From a virus (lineage: Duplodnaviria > Caudoviricetes), in IMG/VR virus record IMGVR_UViG_3300044698_000136, positions 1 to 41,232 of that record: 41,232 bases of DNA; one strand, 5' to 3'. Positions 6,568 through 15,589 of this stretch are shown piece by piece. Every line of letters begins with the position of its first letter. Within the stretch, counting starts at the first letter, position 1. The notes under the pieces were generated by a model. The model made no database searches and was not told the DNA's origin. It was given only the letters and a program-made list of their open reading frames with translations. The position numbers and the translations under genes are program-made.

Positions 6568-7446
6568 TTAGGTGGCGTAGCCGATGATGATCCCCCACAC
6601 AATGGCGTTGGCGGTCAGATCATCGCCCGGACTAGTGCCCGTATGCCTCCCATAAGCGCTGATCTGAACACTGAACCCATCGACCGCTGTGTCGATTGTC
6701 GACTCGTCAAGGTGAACCGCTTGGCCAACCGAGCCGTTGGGTACAGACACCTGGGCCGCGCCGTCGTCTACGTCGTTGACTCGACAACTCGAAAGGATGG
6801 ACAGTTGACCACCAGAGGTGTTCGATGCCTGAGTGTAAGCGGTTGCCAACACCTTCGCCGAGGCCACCCACGACGGCAGAGTAAATGTCGCGTTTCCAAA
6901 CTCTGCGAACGTGTCAGTGAGAGTGATACCACTAGCGCTACCCTCCTTTACGTCTGTGTAGGTAGCGACCACGTCCCCGCCTTCAACGTGCAGCCCGGTC
7001 GAGTCGATCACCACGTCGGTGCCGACCGTCACCCCCGTCGACGTGATGGTCGTCAGCCCGGCACCGATGTCTAACCCGTCGCCGTCCAACACCGACCTGA
7101 CAGTGGTCCCGTTCGCTGCGTACACCTTCAACCCGCCGGCAGGCGTGATCTCCAGTTGACGTGTCCCGTCCGCCCGGTTGAACCTCAGCTTGCCAGCGTC
7201 GAGCACCGACATCTGCGACCCGTCGGCCTCGAAGGTGATAAGCCCGTTCTCATCGATGGTGAACAGGGTGTTACCGGAAGTGTCGAGGAAGGTCGCTTTG
7301 CCGCCGTCCTTGAACGTCAACCCACCAGCACCAATAGACGCGGATTCGAGACGGCGCGCCAACTGGATATCCCTGATGGCGATCTCGTTGCGTTTGATCC
7401 GGTCTTCAAAACCGCCATGCTCGGGCATGCCAGGACGGGCGGGCAT
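6568..7446 (-). CDS. minor tail / tail-tip protein
   Basis: Last tail gene; coiled coil then beta-rich repeats; start at the TGATG overlap. Confidence 0.75.
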   Translation of the reverse strand: MPARPGMPEHGGFEDRIKRNEIAIRDIQLARRLESASIGAGGLTFKDGGKATFLDTSGNTLFTIDENGLITFEADGSQMSVLDAGKLRFNRADGTRQLEITPAGGLKVYAANGTTVRSVLDGDGLDIGAGLTTITSTGVTVGTDVVIDSTGLHVEGGDVVATYTDVKEGSASGITLTDTFAEFGNATFTLPSWVASAKVLATAYTQASNTSGGQLSILSSCRVNDVDDGAAQVSVPNGSVGQAVHLDESTIDTAVDGFSVQISAYGRHTGTSPGDDLTANAIVWGIIIGYAT

Positions 7447-8465
7447 CAGACGTTCACCACAGGCGCCAGGAACAACACGGCACGTTCGTCTCCTTGTTCC
7501 CACACAATGTCGAACCCGATCAGCCGCCTGAACTCATTGACCGGCCTGTAAGGACTTGCGTATTTCAAACGTCCCTCCACTCCCAGCGGGTGTTGGAACG
7601 GGTTGTATTCGGCGGTGCCGATAGTCACACCGACCGTCTGCGGCGGGGTTTTGTAGTACGCCAGTTCGTCGAGCACATGACCCTCCAAAGTGGCAACGTT
7701 GCTGATCTTCGAGTCGGAAAACACTCGTTGGGTCAGCTTGTACTCAGCGACAGCGGAGGAGTCCTGCCGGTTCAGTTTCACCTGGTCGTCACCCTCTCCT
7801 AAACCCAACCCGACAACCTGCGAAGCTTGAGCTTTCGCATCCCCGGAACGGGAGAATTTGCGGATACCGTCCTCTATTACAAGGTCGGGTTGTCGTGTCC
7901 CTTGACGGGGGTAGAACAATTCGAACTCGCGGGTGGCGGGGTTGATCGCGAAGTCGAAACCGTCCTCCACTTCGGAGAGTTGTTCGAGGGCTTGTTTGAT
8001 GTTCTGCCCTGCGGCATAAGACCGGTCGCGCAACACACCTGAAGTGGTTACTGCGGACGTGTCGATGCTGAACCCTGCGCCGGCTTTGTCCAAATGGTGG
8101 TCCAGTAGGGCCCGGGCGATGGTGAACTGGTCGTCCTGGGTGAACGTCAGCGGAGCGGTAAGCACCCACTGGTCTAAGTAAGACAGCAACCCTTCCCCGC
8201 CGAACTCGACCTCCGTGTCACCCTCGTTCGAAGTCCACACCGGGCCAGCCCAAACCAGGGCTTTGTTCCGTTCGACCACTACTTCGTGTTTGCCCTCTTC
8301 GATGTTGGTCGAAGTGCACTTCTCGTGGTCGATGGCTAGTTTGAAACTGATCGACCCGGGACGGGACTGCCGGTAGCCGTAGCGGATCAGCTCGACCGGC
8401 AACTCTTGGACGGGTTCGGTGTCGCCTTTCAACGTTGTGTAAACAACCGTGTCAGAAGACGCCAT
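7446..8465 (-). CDS. minor tail protein (ReqiPepy6 Gp37-like baseplate hub)
   Basis: VERNKALVWAGPVW, QDDQFTIAR, LEQLSEVEDGFDF. Confidence 0.8.
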   Translation of the reverse strand: MASSDTVVYTTLKGDTEPVQELPVELIRYGYRQSRPGSISFKLAIDHEKCTSTNIEEGKHEVVVERNKALVWAGPVWTSNEGDTEVEFGGEGLLSYLDQWVLTAPLTFTQDDQFTIARALLDHHLDKAGAGFSIDTSAVTTSGVLRDRSYAAGQNIKQALEQLSEVEDGFDFAINPATREFELFYPRQGTRQPDLVIEDGIRKFSRSGDAKAQASQVVGLGLGEGDDQVKLNRQDSSAVAEYKLTQRVFSDSKISNVATLEGHVLDELAYYKTPPQTVGVTIGTAEYNPFQHPLGVEGRLKYASPYRPVNEFRRLIGFDIVWEQGDERAVLFLAPVVNV

Positions 8466-9385
8466 CAGCTAGGGCCGATATCTTCAACCAGTAACGAGAT
8501 GGGGGCGGTGGAGTTTCCGATAACCGTAAGCGAACCTGTTCCGGAACGCCGGGAGGCTCGCAAGGAAATCGTCGTCAACCCTCCACTGGTGGTGGAGAAA
8601 GTGGCGACGATGGTCCCACCGAACGCTACGACACCGGAATCAGGGTTCTTCTGGGTCTGCTCCATCCGAACCACGGAAGACAACAGGTTAAAGGTGATCC
8701 TGTCCCCGGCCACAGTGGAACTCCACGACTCCCATGCCCCGGTGAGTTTGATCCTCCGGCTGGCGGGAAGTGTGACCGCCACAGAGGCTAACGTAGTCAT
8801 AGAGGAGAACGGCCCCACGTTCGACGGGGTTTGCACGTACCCCAACTGGCCCCAGGGACGGTTGAGGAGTGCATTGTCGGGAACCGTCGCCTCGCTCCGC
8901 AGGTCAGTAATGTTGGCGTCGGTGATCGCCGTAACCCCCGCCCCTACCTCGATGGTTGCCAGGCTTATCGCCCCCGATGGGAGAGCCGGAGCAGAGGGCG
9001 CACCCGAAGGGGTACCTTCAATAATCTCAACGTCCGAATACGTGTTCCCCGATGAATCCGCCTCATCGTCGTACGTCCGGTAAACCACCCGGTCGATCCG
9101 ATCATCCGAAGGGTCAGACGCCGCAACAGGGAACGTGTGAGTAGCGTTCGAATGTTCCCCGATGTACACCCGTCCGCCCTCGCGGATTACAGCCTTATCC
9201 CCGGCCGTTCCCGAACCGACCTTCACGTTCATGTCAGAACCGGTGTTCTGCAAAACCTCGAACGAGTCACCGGCCACGTCAACAACCCCCTCATTGAGGA
9301 GGACATCGTTGATCAACCTGTCCGTATCCCCAGACAACGATTCGGATTGGAGCGAACGCGTTTTGATAGTGGCTACCTGAGCCAT
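8465..9385 (-). CDS. minor tail protein
   Basis: SDPSDDRIDRVV...GTPSGAPSAPALP...ITDANITDLR, actinophage minor tail pattern. Confidence 0.8.
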   Translation of the reverse strand: MAQVATIKTRSLQSESLSGDTDRLINDVLLNEGVVDVAGDSFEVLQNTGSDMNVKVGSGTAGDKAVIREGGRVYIGEHSNATHTFPVAASDPSDDRIDRVVYRTYDDEADSSGNTYSDVEIIEGTPSGAPSAPALPSGAISLATIEVGAGVTAITDANITDLRSEATVPDNALLNRPWGQLGYVQTPSNVGPFSSMTTLASVAVTLPASRRIKLTGAWESWSSTVAGDRITFNLLSSVVRMEQTQKNPDSGVVAFGGTIVATFSTTSGGLTTISLRASRRSGTGSLTVIGNSTAPISLLVEDIGPS

Positions 9386-9402
9386 GAGGAACTCCTAAAA
9401 AG

Positions 9403-10275
9403 TTAGATGCGAGCGGAGCGGGCTTCCACGTCGACCGTGGAACCCGTGGTTGTTCCCGTAGCCCTGAACCGCAGTTCGTTGGCTCCGGCTTCAAGGGGGA
9501 ACCAGTCGGAATCGTCGGACAATTTCCCCCGCCGAGAAGCCCCGGTAGAGAAGGCAATCGACCGGCGGGCGGGATGAGTGTCGATCAGCAGGATTTGACC
9601 AGCGGACATTGAGACACCGCCGTTGGCGGAAAGGTCCAGTTTCTTGCCGAGCGTGACCGACTCGATCACAGGGTTCGTCAACGTTCCGGAGGTCGGGCCA
9701 TTAACCGCGAACGTCGGCCAGGTTTCCCAATCTCCGGTGTTGGTGACGGTCACCCCACCACCCGAACCACCAGACCCGTAAACTTTCGGGTAGGTCACCG
9801 GGTAAGACAACCCGGCCGCCGAAGTGAACGGTGTCAGCGTCCCGGTGATAAGACTGTTGTCGTAGATGGCTGGATCCGAAGCCACCAAACGGAACGGCAC
9901 CTTCTCCGACTTCGACGCCCAATCGGAAGGGTCCAAATCGGAGTCGCCTTCCTGCGGCCGCAGGAAAATCACCCTGTCCGACTGACCCGGCAACCCGAAC
10001 ACAAACGGCAGTTCAGAATCAACAAGAGGAGCGAACGCCGAAAACAGGGAGTCCAAATTGGTGACAAGGTCTTCCGCGGTGGAGGCTTTCACACCGAAGT
10101 CGACTTCGACAATGCGGGCCGCCTCATACGACGCGCCGATCAACCCTCCGTGGTAGCGCGGGAGATCCGGTGTGAGAACCTGAGTGGACCGGCGGTACCA
10201 CTTCAACCGTTGGACAGTGAAATCAGTACCCGCCCCGAAGGTGAGCCCGTTGAACGTCCCGGCGTAGTCCGTCAT
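9403..10275 (-). CDS. distal tail (Dit-like) protein
   Basis: Follows tape measure; ASDPAIY, NTGDWETWP, WFPLEAGANEL; ATGA coupling at 10275. Confidence 0.85.
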   Translation of the reverse strand: MTDYAGTFNGLTFGAGTDFTVQRLKWYRRSTQVLTPDLPRYHGGLIGASYEAARIVEVDFGVKASTAEDLVTNLDSLFSAFAPLVDSELPFVFGLPGQSDRVIFLRPQEGDSDLDPSDWASKSEKVPFRLVASDPAIYDNSLITGTLTPFTSAAGLSYPVTYPKVYGSGGSGGGVTVTNTGDWETWPTFAVNGPTSGTLTNPVIESVTLGKKLDLSANGGVSMSAGQILLIDTHPARRSIAFSTGASRRGKLSDDSDWFPLEAGANELRFRATGTTTGSTVDVEARSARI

Positions 10276-11873
10276 GTTCCCGCCGTTCGCATTTTCCAAG
10301 CGGCCAGATCAAACACGGCGGCAGCGTCTATCGGCTGACTGATATACCAGTTGTGAGTTACCCCACCACCACCAGCAGGAGTCACCGTCTCACCGTCCTC
10401 CAACACAGCCAAACCTTCGCGCTGCCCGGTGGGTGCACGGAACACTCCGCCCTCGTGGAACGTCGGGATTTGCGGGACGTTGAACTTGTTACCGCCGACA
10501 CCCGGAACCCAACTCGGAATCTCAAATTTGAGTTTCCCGACCGTGTTATTCCACAGTTTCGCGATCGCGTTGAAAGCCGCTTTGAACGGGGCAGTAATCA
10601 GATTAGCTACCCCACCGACCACACGACCGATACGGCCCGGCATACCCGAGAAGAAGTCTACGAGAGCGTTGAAACGGTCCCGAACCCAGTTAGCCGCACC
10701 CGCAGCCAACTCTTTGATCTTGTCGAAGGTACCCGTGAAGAAACCTGTGATCGAATTCCAAATATTGGACGCACCCCGTTTGATCTGCTCCCACGTTTCG
10801 AACAGGAAAGCCTTGATCTTGTCCCAGTTGGCGATGATGAGAACTGTCAGAGCAATCACCGCGGCGATCAGAAGTAGCCACGGGTTGGCCATCATCAGCG
10901 TTGACATCGCCGAGAAAGCTCTCATCACAAGTCCGAAGGAACTGACCAGTTTCCCCAGGATGAAAAGGACCGGGCCCACCGCCGCCGCGATAGCGGCCAT
11001 GCGGACAACCATCTCCTTCTGACCCGGGGTGAGGTTCTCGAACCACGCCGCAAGACTTTTCAACGCCCCCGACAGTTTCACCAGAACCGGGGTTATGATC
11101 CGTCCCGCAGACTCAGCCGAGTCGCCGATAGTGTTCATCGCCTGTTTCATTTTCCCGGCGTCAGTCCCGGCCATCTGTTCGGCGGTCCCACCGAACTGGC
11201 GTTCCAACTCGGCGAGGATGATCTTCTGAGCGCCCAGCTTGTCGCCCGACTCGGCCATCACCTTGATCTGGTCTTCTTGCTGTTTGGTGAACTGGATACC
11301 AACCCGGCGCATCGCGGTCAACCCGGCGATCGGGTCGTTCAACGCTTTGCCGACCATCACCGCACTCTGTTGCAAATCCTGACCCATTTTCGCCGACAAG
11401 TTCACGATGGACATGGAGGCCTTGTCGAAAACGTCGTTGCCTTCCCCGACCTGGTTGGTGACATCACCGAACGTAAGGAGTACAGCCTGCATGTCGATGA
11501 CCGCTTCGTCACCGAAAGTTGAAATGCCTTGGATGGCCGCAGCGTTCGCTTTCAACGCGGCGGTGTTCGTCCACGCAGCTGCACCCATCGAATCGAAGGA
11601 CGATTGGAGTTTCGCTTCCGCGTCGGCTTGTTTGTTCGCAGCGAGAACAGCCGCCGTCCCTATCCCAATCAGCGGCAAAGTCACGTTGCGGGTCAGACTC
11701 CGTCCAGCCGACTGCATGCCTGCACCGGCCCGCTTAGCCCTGTCCGCCATCCGCTCGAAGTTGTCGCCGATCTTCCCGGTTGTGGTCCTGGCGTTCTCCT
11801 GGGCTTTCTTGAGGACGCGACTCATCTCGTCCTTGGCCTTTAAAACAGCCTCAATCTCGGCAACAGTCGCCAC
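10272..11873 (-). CDS. tape measure protein (533 aa)
   Basis: Ala/Gly-rich helices, GKALNDPIAG, W/F-spaced repeats, position after chaperones. Confidence 0.92.
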   Translation of the reverse strand: MATVAEIEAVLKAKDEMSRVLKKAQENARTTTGKIGDNFERMADRAKRAGAGMQSAGRSLTRNVTLPLIGIGTAAVLAANKQADAEAKLQSSFDSMGAAAWTNTAALKANAAAIQGISTFGDEAVIDMQAVLLTFGDVTNQVGEGNDVFDKASMSIVNLSAKMGQDLQQSAVMVGKALNDPIAGLTAMRRVGIQFTKQQEDQIKVMAESGDKLGAQKIILAELERQFGGTAEQMAGTDAGKMKQAMNTIGDSAESAGRIITPVLVKLSGALKSLAAWFENLTPGQKEMVVRMAAIAAAVGPVLFILGKLVSSFGLVMRAFSAMSTLMMANPWLLLIAAVIALTVLIIANWDKIKAFLFETWEQIKRGASNIWNSITGFFTGTFDKIKELAAGAANWVRDRFNALVDFFSGMPGRIGRVVGGVANLITAPFKAAFNAIAKLWNNTVGKLKFEIPSWVPGVGGNKFNVPQIPTFHEGGVFRAPTGQREGLAVLEDGETVTPAGGGGVTHNWYISQPIDAAAVFDLAAWKMRTAGT

Positions 11874-11877
11874 GGTG

Positions 11878-12087
11878 TCACCTCCTACCCTTTGCTGCTT
11901 TAGCGGCCTGCAACGCTTTCAATCTGAGTTCGGCCGCGGCCTGGTCCTTCGCGGATTCCGCTTCGACTTCCTCAGCCCACTCGAACGCCTCCGCGATCAC
12001 CGACGTGGGAGTGGCCATCAGGTCAGGCCACGACCAGCGCATATAGCGGGCGAGGCTTAGGAGGGCTCTGCGGCTGAAACTTTTGGG
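11878..12087 (-). CDS. tail assembly chaperone, -1 frameshift extension (gpGT-like)
   Basis: Slippery C CCA AAA at 12087-12081; -1 frame open as SFSRRALLSLARYMRWSWPDLMATP...AKGRR to stop at 11878. Confidence 0.8.
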   Translation of the reverse strand, partial: PKSFSRRALLSLARYMRWSWPDLMATPTSVIAEAFEWAEEVEAESAKDQAAAELRLKALQAAKAAKGRR

Positions 12088-12431
12088 TCAGCCACGTTCT
12101 CCGTATGCGCGTCCAACGCGGCGGACAGTTCCTTAGCCGTCGCCTGGTTCAACCTGCGGATCGACTGCTTAGTTGGCGGTTCCCTGAGCCCGTCCGAATC
12201 GGTGAACGACCAGTCCGAAACCCACGCCGCCAACCGACACACCTCGAACTCCGGCCAGTCAACATCAAGGTCCAACTCTTTCGAGTTCGGGTTGACCTTC
12301 GAAACCATCGCACCCATCTCAACAGCAGCCTGCTCCGAGAACGACAGTTCAGACCTGAAGTCCACCCAATCCCCGTCGGAAAGTTCGAACCTGGACACCG
12401 CCGTGAAATCGGTGAAACGAGGTCCGCCCAT
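12057..12431 (-). CDS. tail assembly chaperone (gpG-like)
   Basis: Between major tail and tape measure; ends in DPK at the slippery site. Confidence 0.85.
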   Translation of the reverse strand: MGGPRFTDFTAVSRFELSDGDWVDFRSELSFSEQAAVEMGAMVSKVNPNSKELDLDVDWPEFEVCRLAAWVSDWSFTDSDGLREPPTKQSIRRLNQATAKELSAALDAHTENVADPKVSAAEPS

Positions 12432-12838
12432 TACGTGACCGCCCTAGTCAGGGTTCCGGAACCTTGCAGCGAGACGGGCGCCATCACCGCGTCACCAATT
12501 GACCCGCCGATCGGCTGGTAGGAGGTGACAACCACGTTCCCCTCATAGGACGGGTTGGTTGTCGTGGTTGTGGCGTCGTCGGCTTTCAACTCGAAAGCGG
12601 TGACCGTCCCGACAAGTGAGAACATGGTGATGTCCACTTCGCCCGCGGCGTAGTCCTGGTTGAATTCGAGGGACACAGACCACGCTTTCAGGCCACCCAA
12701 ATATTCGCGGGTGCCGTCACCCGACGCGGTGAACTCGGGGGAGTCCGCTGTGTAGGTGAGTGTCGCCGACTTCAAATGGTCGGACAGGTCCACAGAGTTG
12801 ATCAGTACTTGCGGTGTCAAAAAGACAAATTCCGCCAT
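12431..12838 (-). CDS. major tail tube protein
   Basis: INSVDLSDH...REYLGGLK...NPSYEG...GGSIGD; strong SD. Confidence 0.85.
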   Translation of the reverse strand: MAEFVFLTPQVLINSVDLSDHLKSATLTYTADSPEFTASGDGTREYLGGLKAWSVSLEFNQDYAAGEVDITMFSLVGTVTAFELKADDATTTTTNPSYEGNVVVTSYQPIGGSIGDAVMAPVSLQGSGTLTRAVT

Positions 12839-12881
12839 GGTGTTTTCCTTTCAGAAGACGGCCTAGACCGTCGGGTTTGGT

Positions 12882-13598
12882 TTAGGCGATGCCTACGGAG
12901 ACAGCGATGAGTGCGGAGTCGGTGTTGACACCCAACACCCAACTTGCCCGGTACCAGGTATCGGTGATGGCGCCGTCCGCTGTTGCGTACTCACCGCCAA
13001 CGTCTGTGAGTTGGGCGAAAGTGATTTGGGTTTCGGGAGTGTCAGTGAACGCTTCCAGCGTGTCCGACTCGACAATGACATCCACCTCCGGGGAAGACCC
13101 AGCAACAGCCAAGACATGAAGCGACGCCCGGAGTTTCTGCCCTGCGGCGACAGCCCCCAAATTGAAAGCCGTACCATCATCTGTAGCGACTTCGCTACCG
13201 TTGTTGACGATCAGTCCCCTAGTGACGAGCCCTGATACCTGGTTCGAATTCGAGAACTCATAGGCTTCGCCGATCTGCGCACCCGGCGCATACGACGTGG
13301 TGAGCTGATTGAAAAAAAACGCCACGTCACCTTCCACCCCTCCGTCCGGGGTGATCGTCGTGTTCCGAGCTGCGGCGGCCATGTTCGTGAACAGGTCGTT
13401 GTCCACGGGCCCATCGAAGAACCCTTGATGTTCCGATCCGGCGCCGATAAGCCCACCCTTGTATTCTCTTGTGGTGTCGCCGAAAGCTGTGAACTCGGGT
13501 GCGTCAGCGTCGAGAACCAGTGCGTGTTGTGAATACGACCCGGACAGGTCCAACCCGGCCACGTACTGTTTCGGGTTGAGAAGGACAAGTTCACCCAT
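12882..13598 (-). CDS. tail tube-like protein with an extra C-terminal domain
   Basis: N-terminal half aligns with 12431..12838 (DLS...D.PEFTA.GD.TREY.GGL). Confidence 0.75.
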   Translation of the reverse strand: MGELVLLNPKQYVAGLDLSGSYSQHALVLDADAPEFTAFGDTTREYKGGLIGAGSEHQGFFDGPVDNDLFTNMAAAARNTTITPDGGVEGDVAFFFNQLTTSYAPGAQIGEAYEFSNSNQVSGLVTRGLIVNNGSEVATDDGTAFNLGAVAAGQKLRASLHVLAVAGSSPEVDVIVESDTLEAFTDTPETQITFAQLTDVGGEYATADGAITDTWYRASWVLGVNTDSALIAVSVGIA

Positions 13599-13607
13599 GA
13601 GATTCCT

Positions 13608-13982
13608 TTACTGGTTTTTCCATACGAAAACGTCGAGGCGGCGGCGGTGCAGCAGCGCTTCGCTGTCATACGAGTCGTCGTCGTTCCCAGGGACCGCCGC
13701 AGCCAACCCGGTAGGCGAAGCCATATCCAAAGCTGCATGCACCTGTGCGGCGACAGCGACAACACTCAGATAAGAGTCGTCGTAACAGTCGAGTTGCATC
13801 CGGGCACGTATCAGAGGCACGTTCCCCGACGCCAGGTTGTGGTTTGTTGTGATCCGCTGGTAGACGACCGCGGGGAGTGTCGGGTTGTCAGGCAGCCGGT
13901 TCGGGTAGATCCTGGTGCCCACCAACGCGGACAGTCCGCCGTGAGTGCTTAGGGCTGTGTACAGGTCGCTCTCGAGGCTCAA
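13608..13982 (-). CDS. tail terminator / completion protein (DUF3168-like)
   Basis: LVGTRIYP...PAVVYQRI...RMQLDCY. Confidence 0.85.
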   Translation of the reverse strand: MSLESDLYTALSTHGGLSALVGTRIYPNRLPDNPTLPAVVYQRITTNHNLASGNVPLIRARMQLDCYDDSYLSVVAVAAQVHAALDMASPTGLAAAVPGNDDDSYDSEALLHRRRLDVFVWKNQ

Positions 13983-14371
13983 CTTCGTTTAGCCCCTTTC
14001 CCCGCGATTGCTATCGCCTTCTTGAGACGAGCACCCATCTTGGCCTTCACTTTGGAAACTGTTTCGTTCGAGTCAGCAACCACGCGAATGGTCGGCGTAG
14101 CCCCGTGGTGGACCGTTCCGAATTCGTGAAATCGTACGATGTGGGCGCGTCCGCCGGCTTTCGACGGACCCACTCCCACCGTCGTTTTCCGTCGGTCAGC
14201 GGTGAACGTGTCGTGTGCCACGTTGAGCCGGTCGATCGAGTTCATCGTTTCGGCCATTTCGTTGCCGACTTCTTCGAGGCCGTCCATGATCATGGTGTTG
14301 AGTTGGTCGTCGATAGATTTGAGGGCGGCTTCGATGTCGCCCAACCCTTTGAGTTCCACGTCAGCGTTCAC
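13979..14371 (-). CDS. HK97 gp10-like neck protein
   Basis: ELKGL...RFHEFGT; GTGA coupling at 14371. Confidence 0.8.
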   Translation of the reverse strand: MNADVELKGLGDIEAALKSIDDQLNTMIMDGLEEVGNEMAETMNSIDRLNVAHDTFTADRRKTTVGVGPSKAGGRAHIVRFHEFGTVHHGATPTIRVVADSNETVSKVKAKMGARLKKAIAIAGKGAKRS

Positions 14372-14691
14372 GGCGTAATCTCTTTGCAGAGAAGTTCCAT
14401 TTCGCGGACCCTCCCGGTTTTGTCTATAGGAGGTGCAGCCAGCTCCAACGTGCGTGAGCCAACAATTATTCTTTGGCCGGACAGGATTCCTTCCCGGTGG
14501 CGGATGGTCACAACGGTGGTTATCTGTGCGGAAAAGGCTCCGTCTCGCAGAACCTCTTTGCCGGATAGATCTTCGACCGAACCCCATACCGTGAAGGCAT
14601 CAGTCCACGTATCGAGGGGTTCGCCAGAGGCATCCTGTCCGGTCGATTGAGTCTGAAAAGTCAACCGTTTCCGCAGGTTCCCGGCTCTCAA
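14368..14691 (-). CDS. head closure protein (SPP1 gp16-like)
   Basis: MRAGNLRKRLTFQ...QDASGE...W...TVW. Confidence 0.9.
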   Translation of the reverse strand: MRAGNLRKRLTFQTQSTGQDASGEPLDTWTDAFTVWGSVEDLSGKEVLRDGAFSAQITTVVTIRHREGILSGQRIIVGSRTLELAAPPIDKTGRVREMELLCKEITP

Positions 14692-15272
14692 AGAAATGCT
14701 CCGACGCGCCTGTTGCGTAGCAGGCTTTCGATGGTGGGCAGATTGGCGACGATGGTCCCGACCACCGCTGTCTCCCGGTTCTCGTAGAGGTTGCCGACCA
14801 TGAGTTTGATGGCGGACTTGTAGACATCAGGGACCGCGGAGGCTGCGCCGTAGCCTGCCGTATAGATGACTCGGACAGCGGCATAATCGCGGGTGTCCGT
14901 CGGCCACGAAAAGGCGTCTTTCAGAACGATCCTGTGGCGATCCAAGTCGTCCTTGTTGTCTAACACGTAGTCAGTGGAGGTCACCGTGTCCGTTGACTCG
15001 TCGGACTTGGTGTAGGTGATCGAAGTCACCGAAATGGCTGGGGGGCGGGGCAGTATGATCGGAGTGTCCCACCTAGGGAACCTGTCCAAGGTGAGCAGGT
15101 AGGTTGCTGTGATCAACTGTCTCCCGCAGAACTGTTCCACCCACGAAGTGGCCGCTTGGATTTGGGCGGTTATCAAAGCGTCGTCGTCCGTCACATCAAC
15201 CCGGAGATGATTCTTGGCTTCCTGGAGGGTGACAGGATAAGTTGTCGGAGCGGTAGTCTGAGAGAAGGTCAT
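14688..15272 (-). CDS. head-tail connector (gp6-like)
   Basis: PVTLQEAKNHLRVD...AGYG...YENRE; ATGA coupling at 15272. Confidence 0.9.
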   Translation of the reverse strand: MTFSQTTAPTTYPVTLQEAKNHLRVDVTDDDALITAQIQAATSWVEQFCGRQLITATYLLTLDRFPRWDTPIILPRPPAISVTSITYTKSDESTDTVTSTDYVLDNKDDLDRHRIVLKDAFSWPTDTRDYAAVRVIYTAGYGAASAVPDVYKSAIKLMVGNLYENRETAVVGTIVANLPTIESLLRNRRVGAFL

Positions 15273-15586
15273 GCTGGAGCCTCCGTTGGTTCCTCTGAAA
15301 TCGTGAAATCTCCTTTGCCGACGGTTCGCACCTGTCCGCCGAACGTCGCTACCAGTTCCCACGGGTAGATGCCGGGTGTGATGTCCAGTTCGGCGGCGGT
15401 CAAAGTCAAGTCAACGTCGAACCCGGTTTCAGTGTCATCAGCGGACAACGACGTTTTCTCAACGGCGCCGACGCGGAAAGTGATCACAGTGAAAGCGGTT
15501 GTCAGTTCTGAGGTGACTACAGCGATACGAAGGTCGAGTCCCCGGTTGGCGTAAGCGTGAATGTTCCTGACAGTGACATGGCTCAA
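15269..15586 (-). CDS. small beta-rich virion-associated protein
   Basis: PGIYPWEL...RTVGKGDFTI, Ig-like pattern; position. Confidence 0.65.
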   Translation of the reverse strand: MSHVTVRNIHAYANRGLDLRIAVVTSELTTAFTVITFRVGAVEKTSLSADDTETGFDVDLTLTAAELDITPGIYPWELVATFGGQVRTVGKGDFTISEEPTEAPA

Positions 15587-15589
15587 CGC

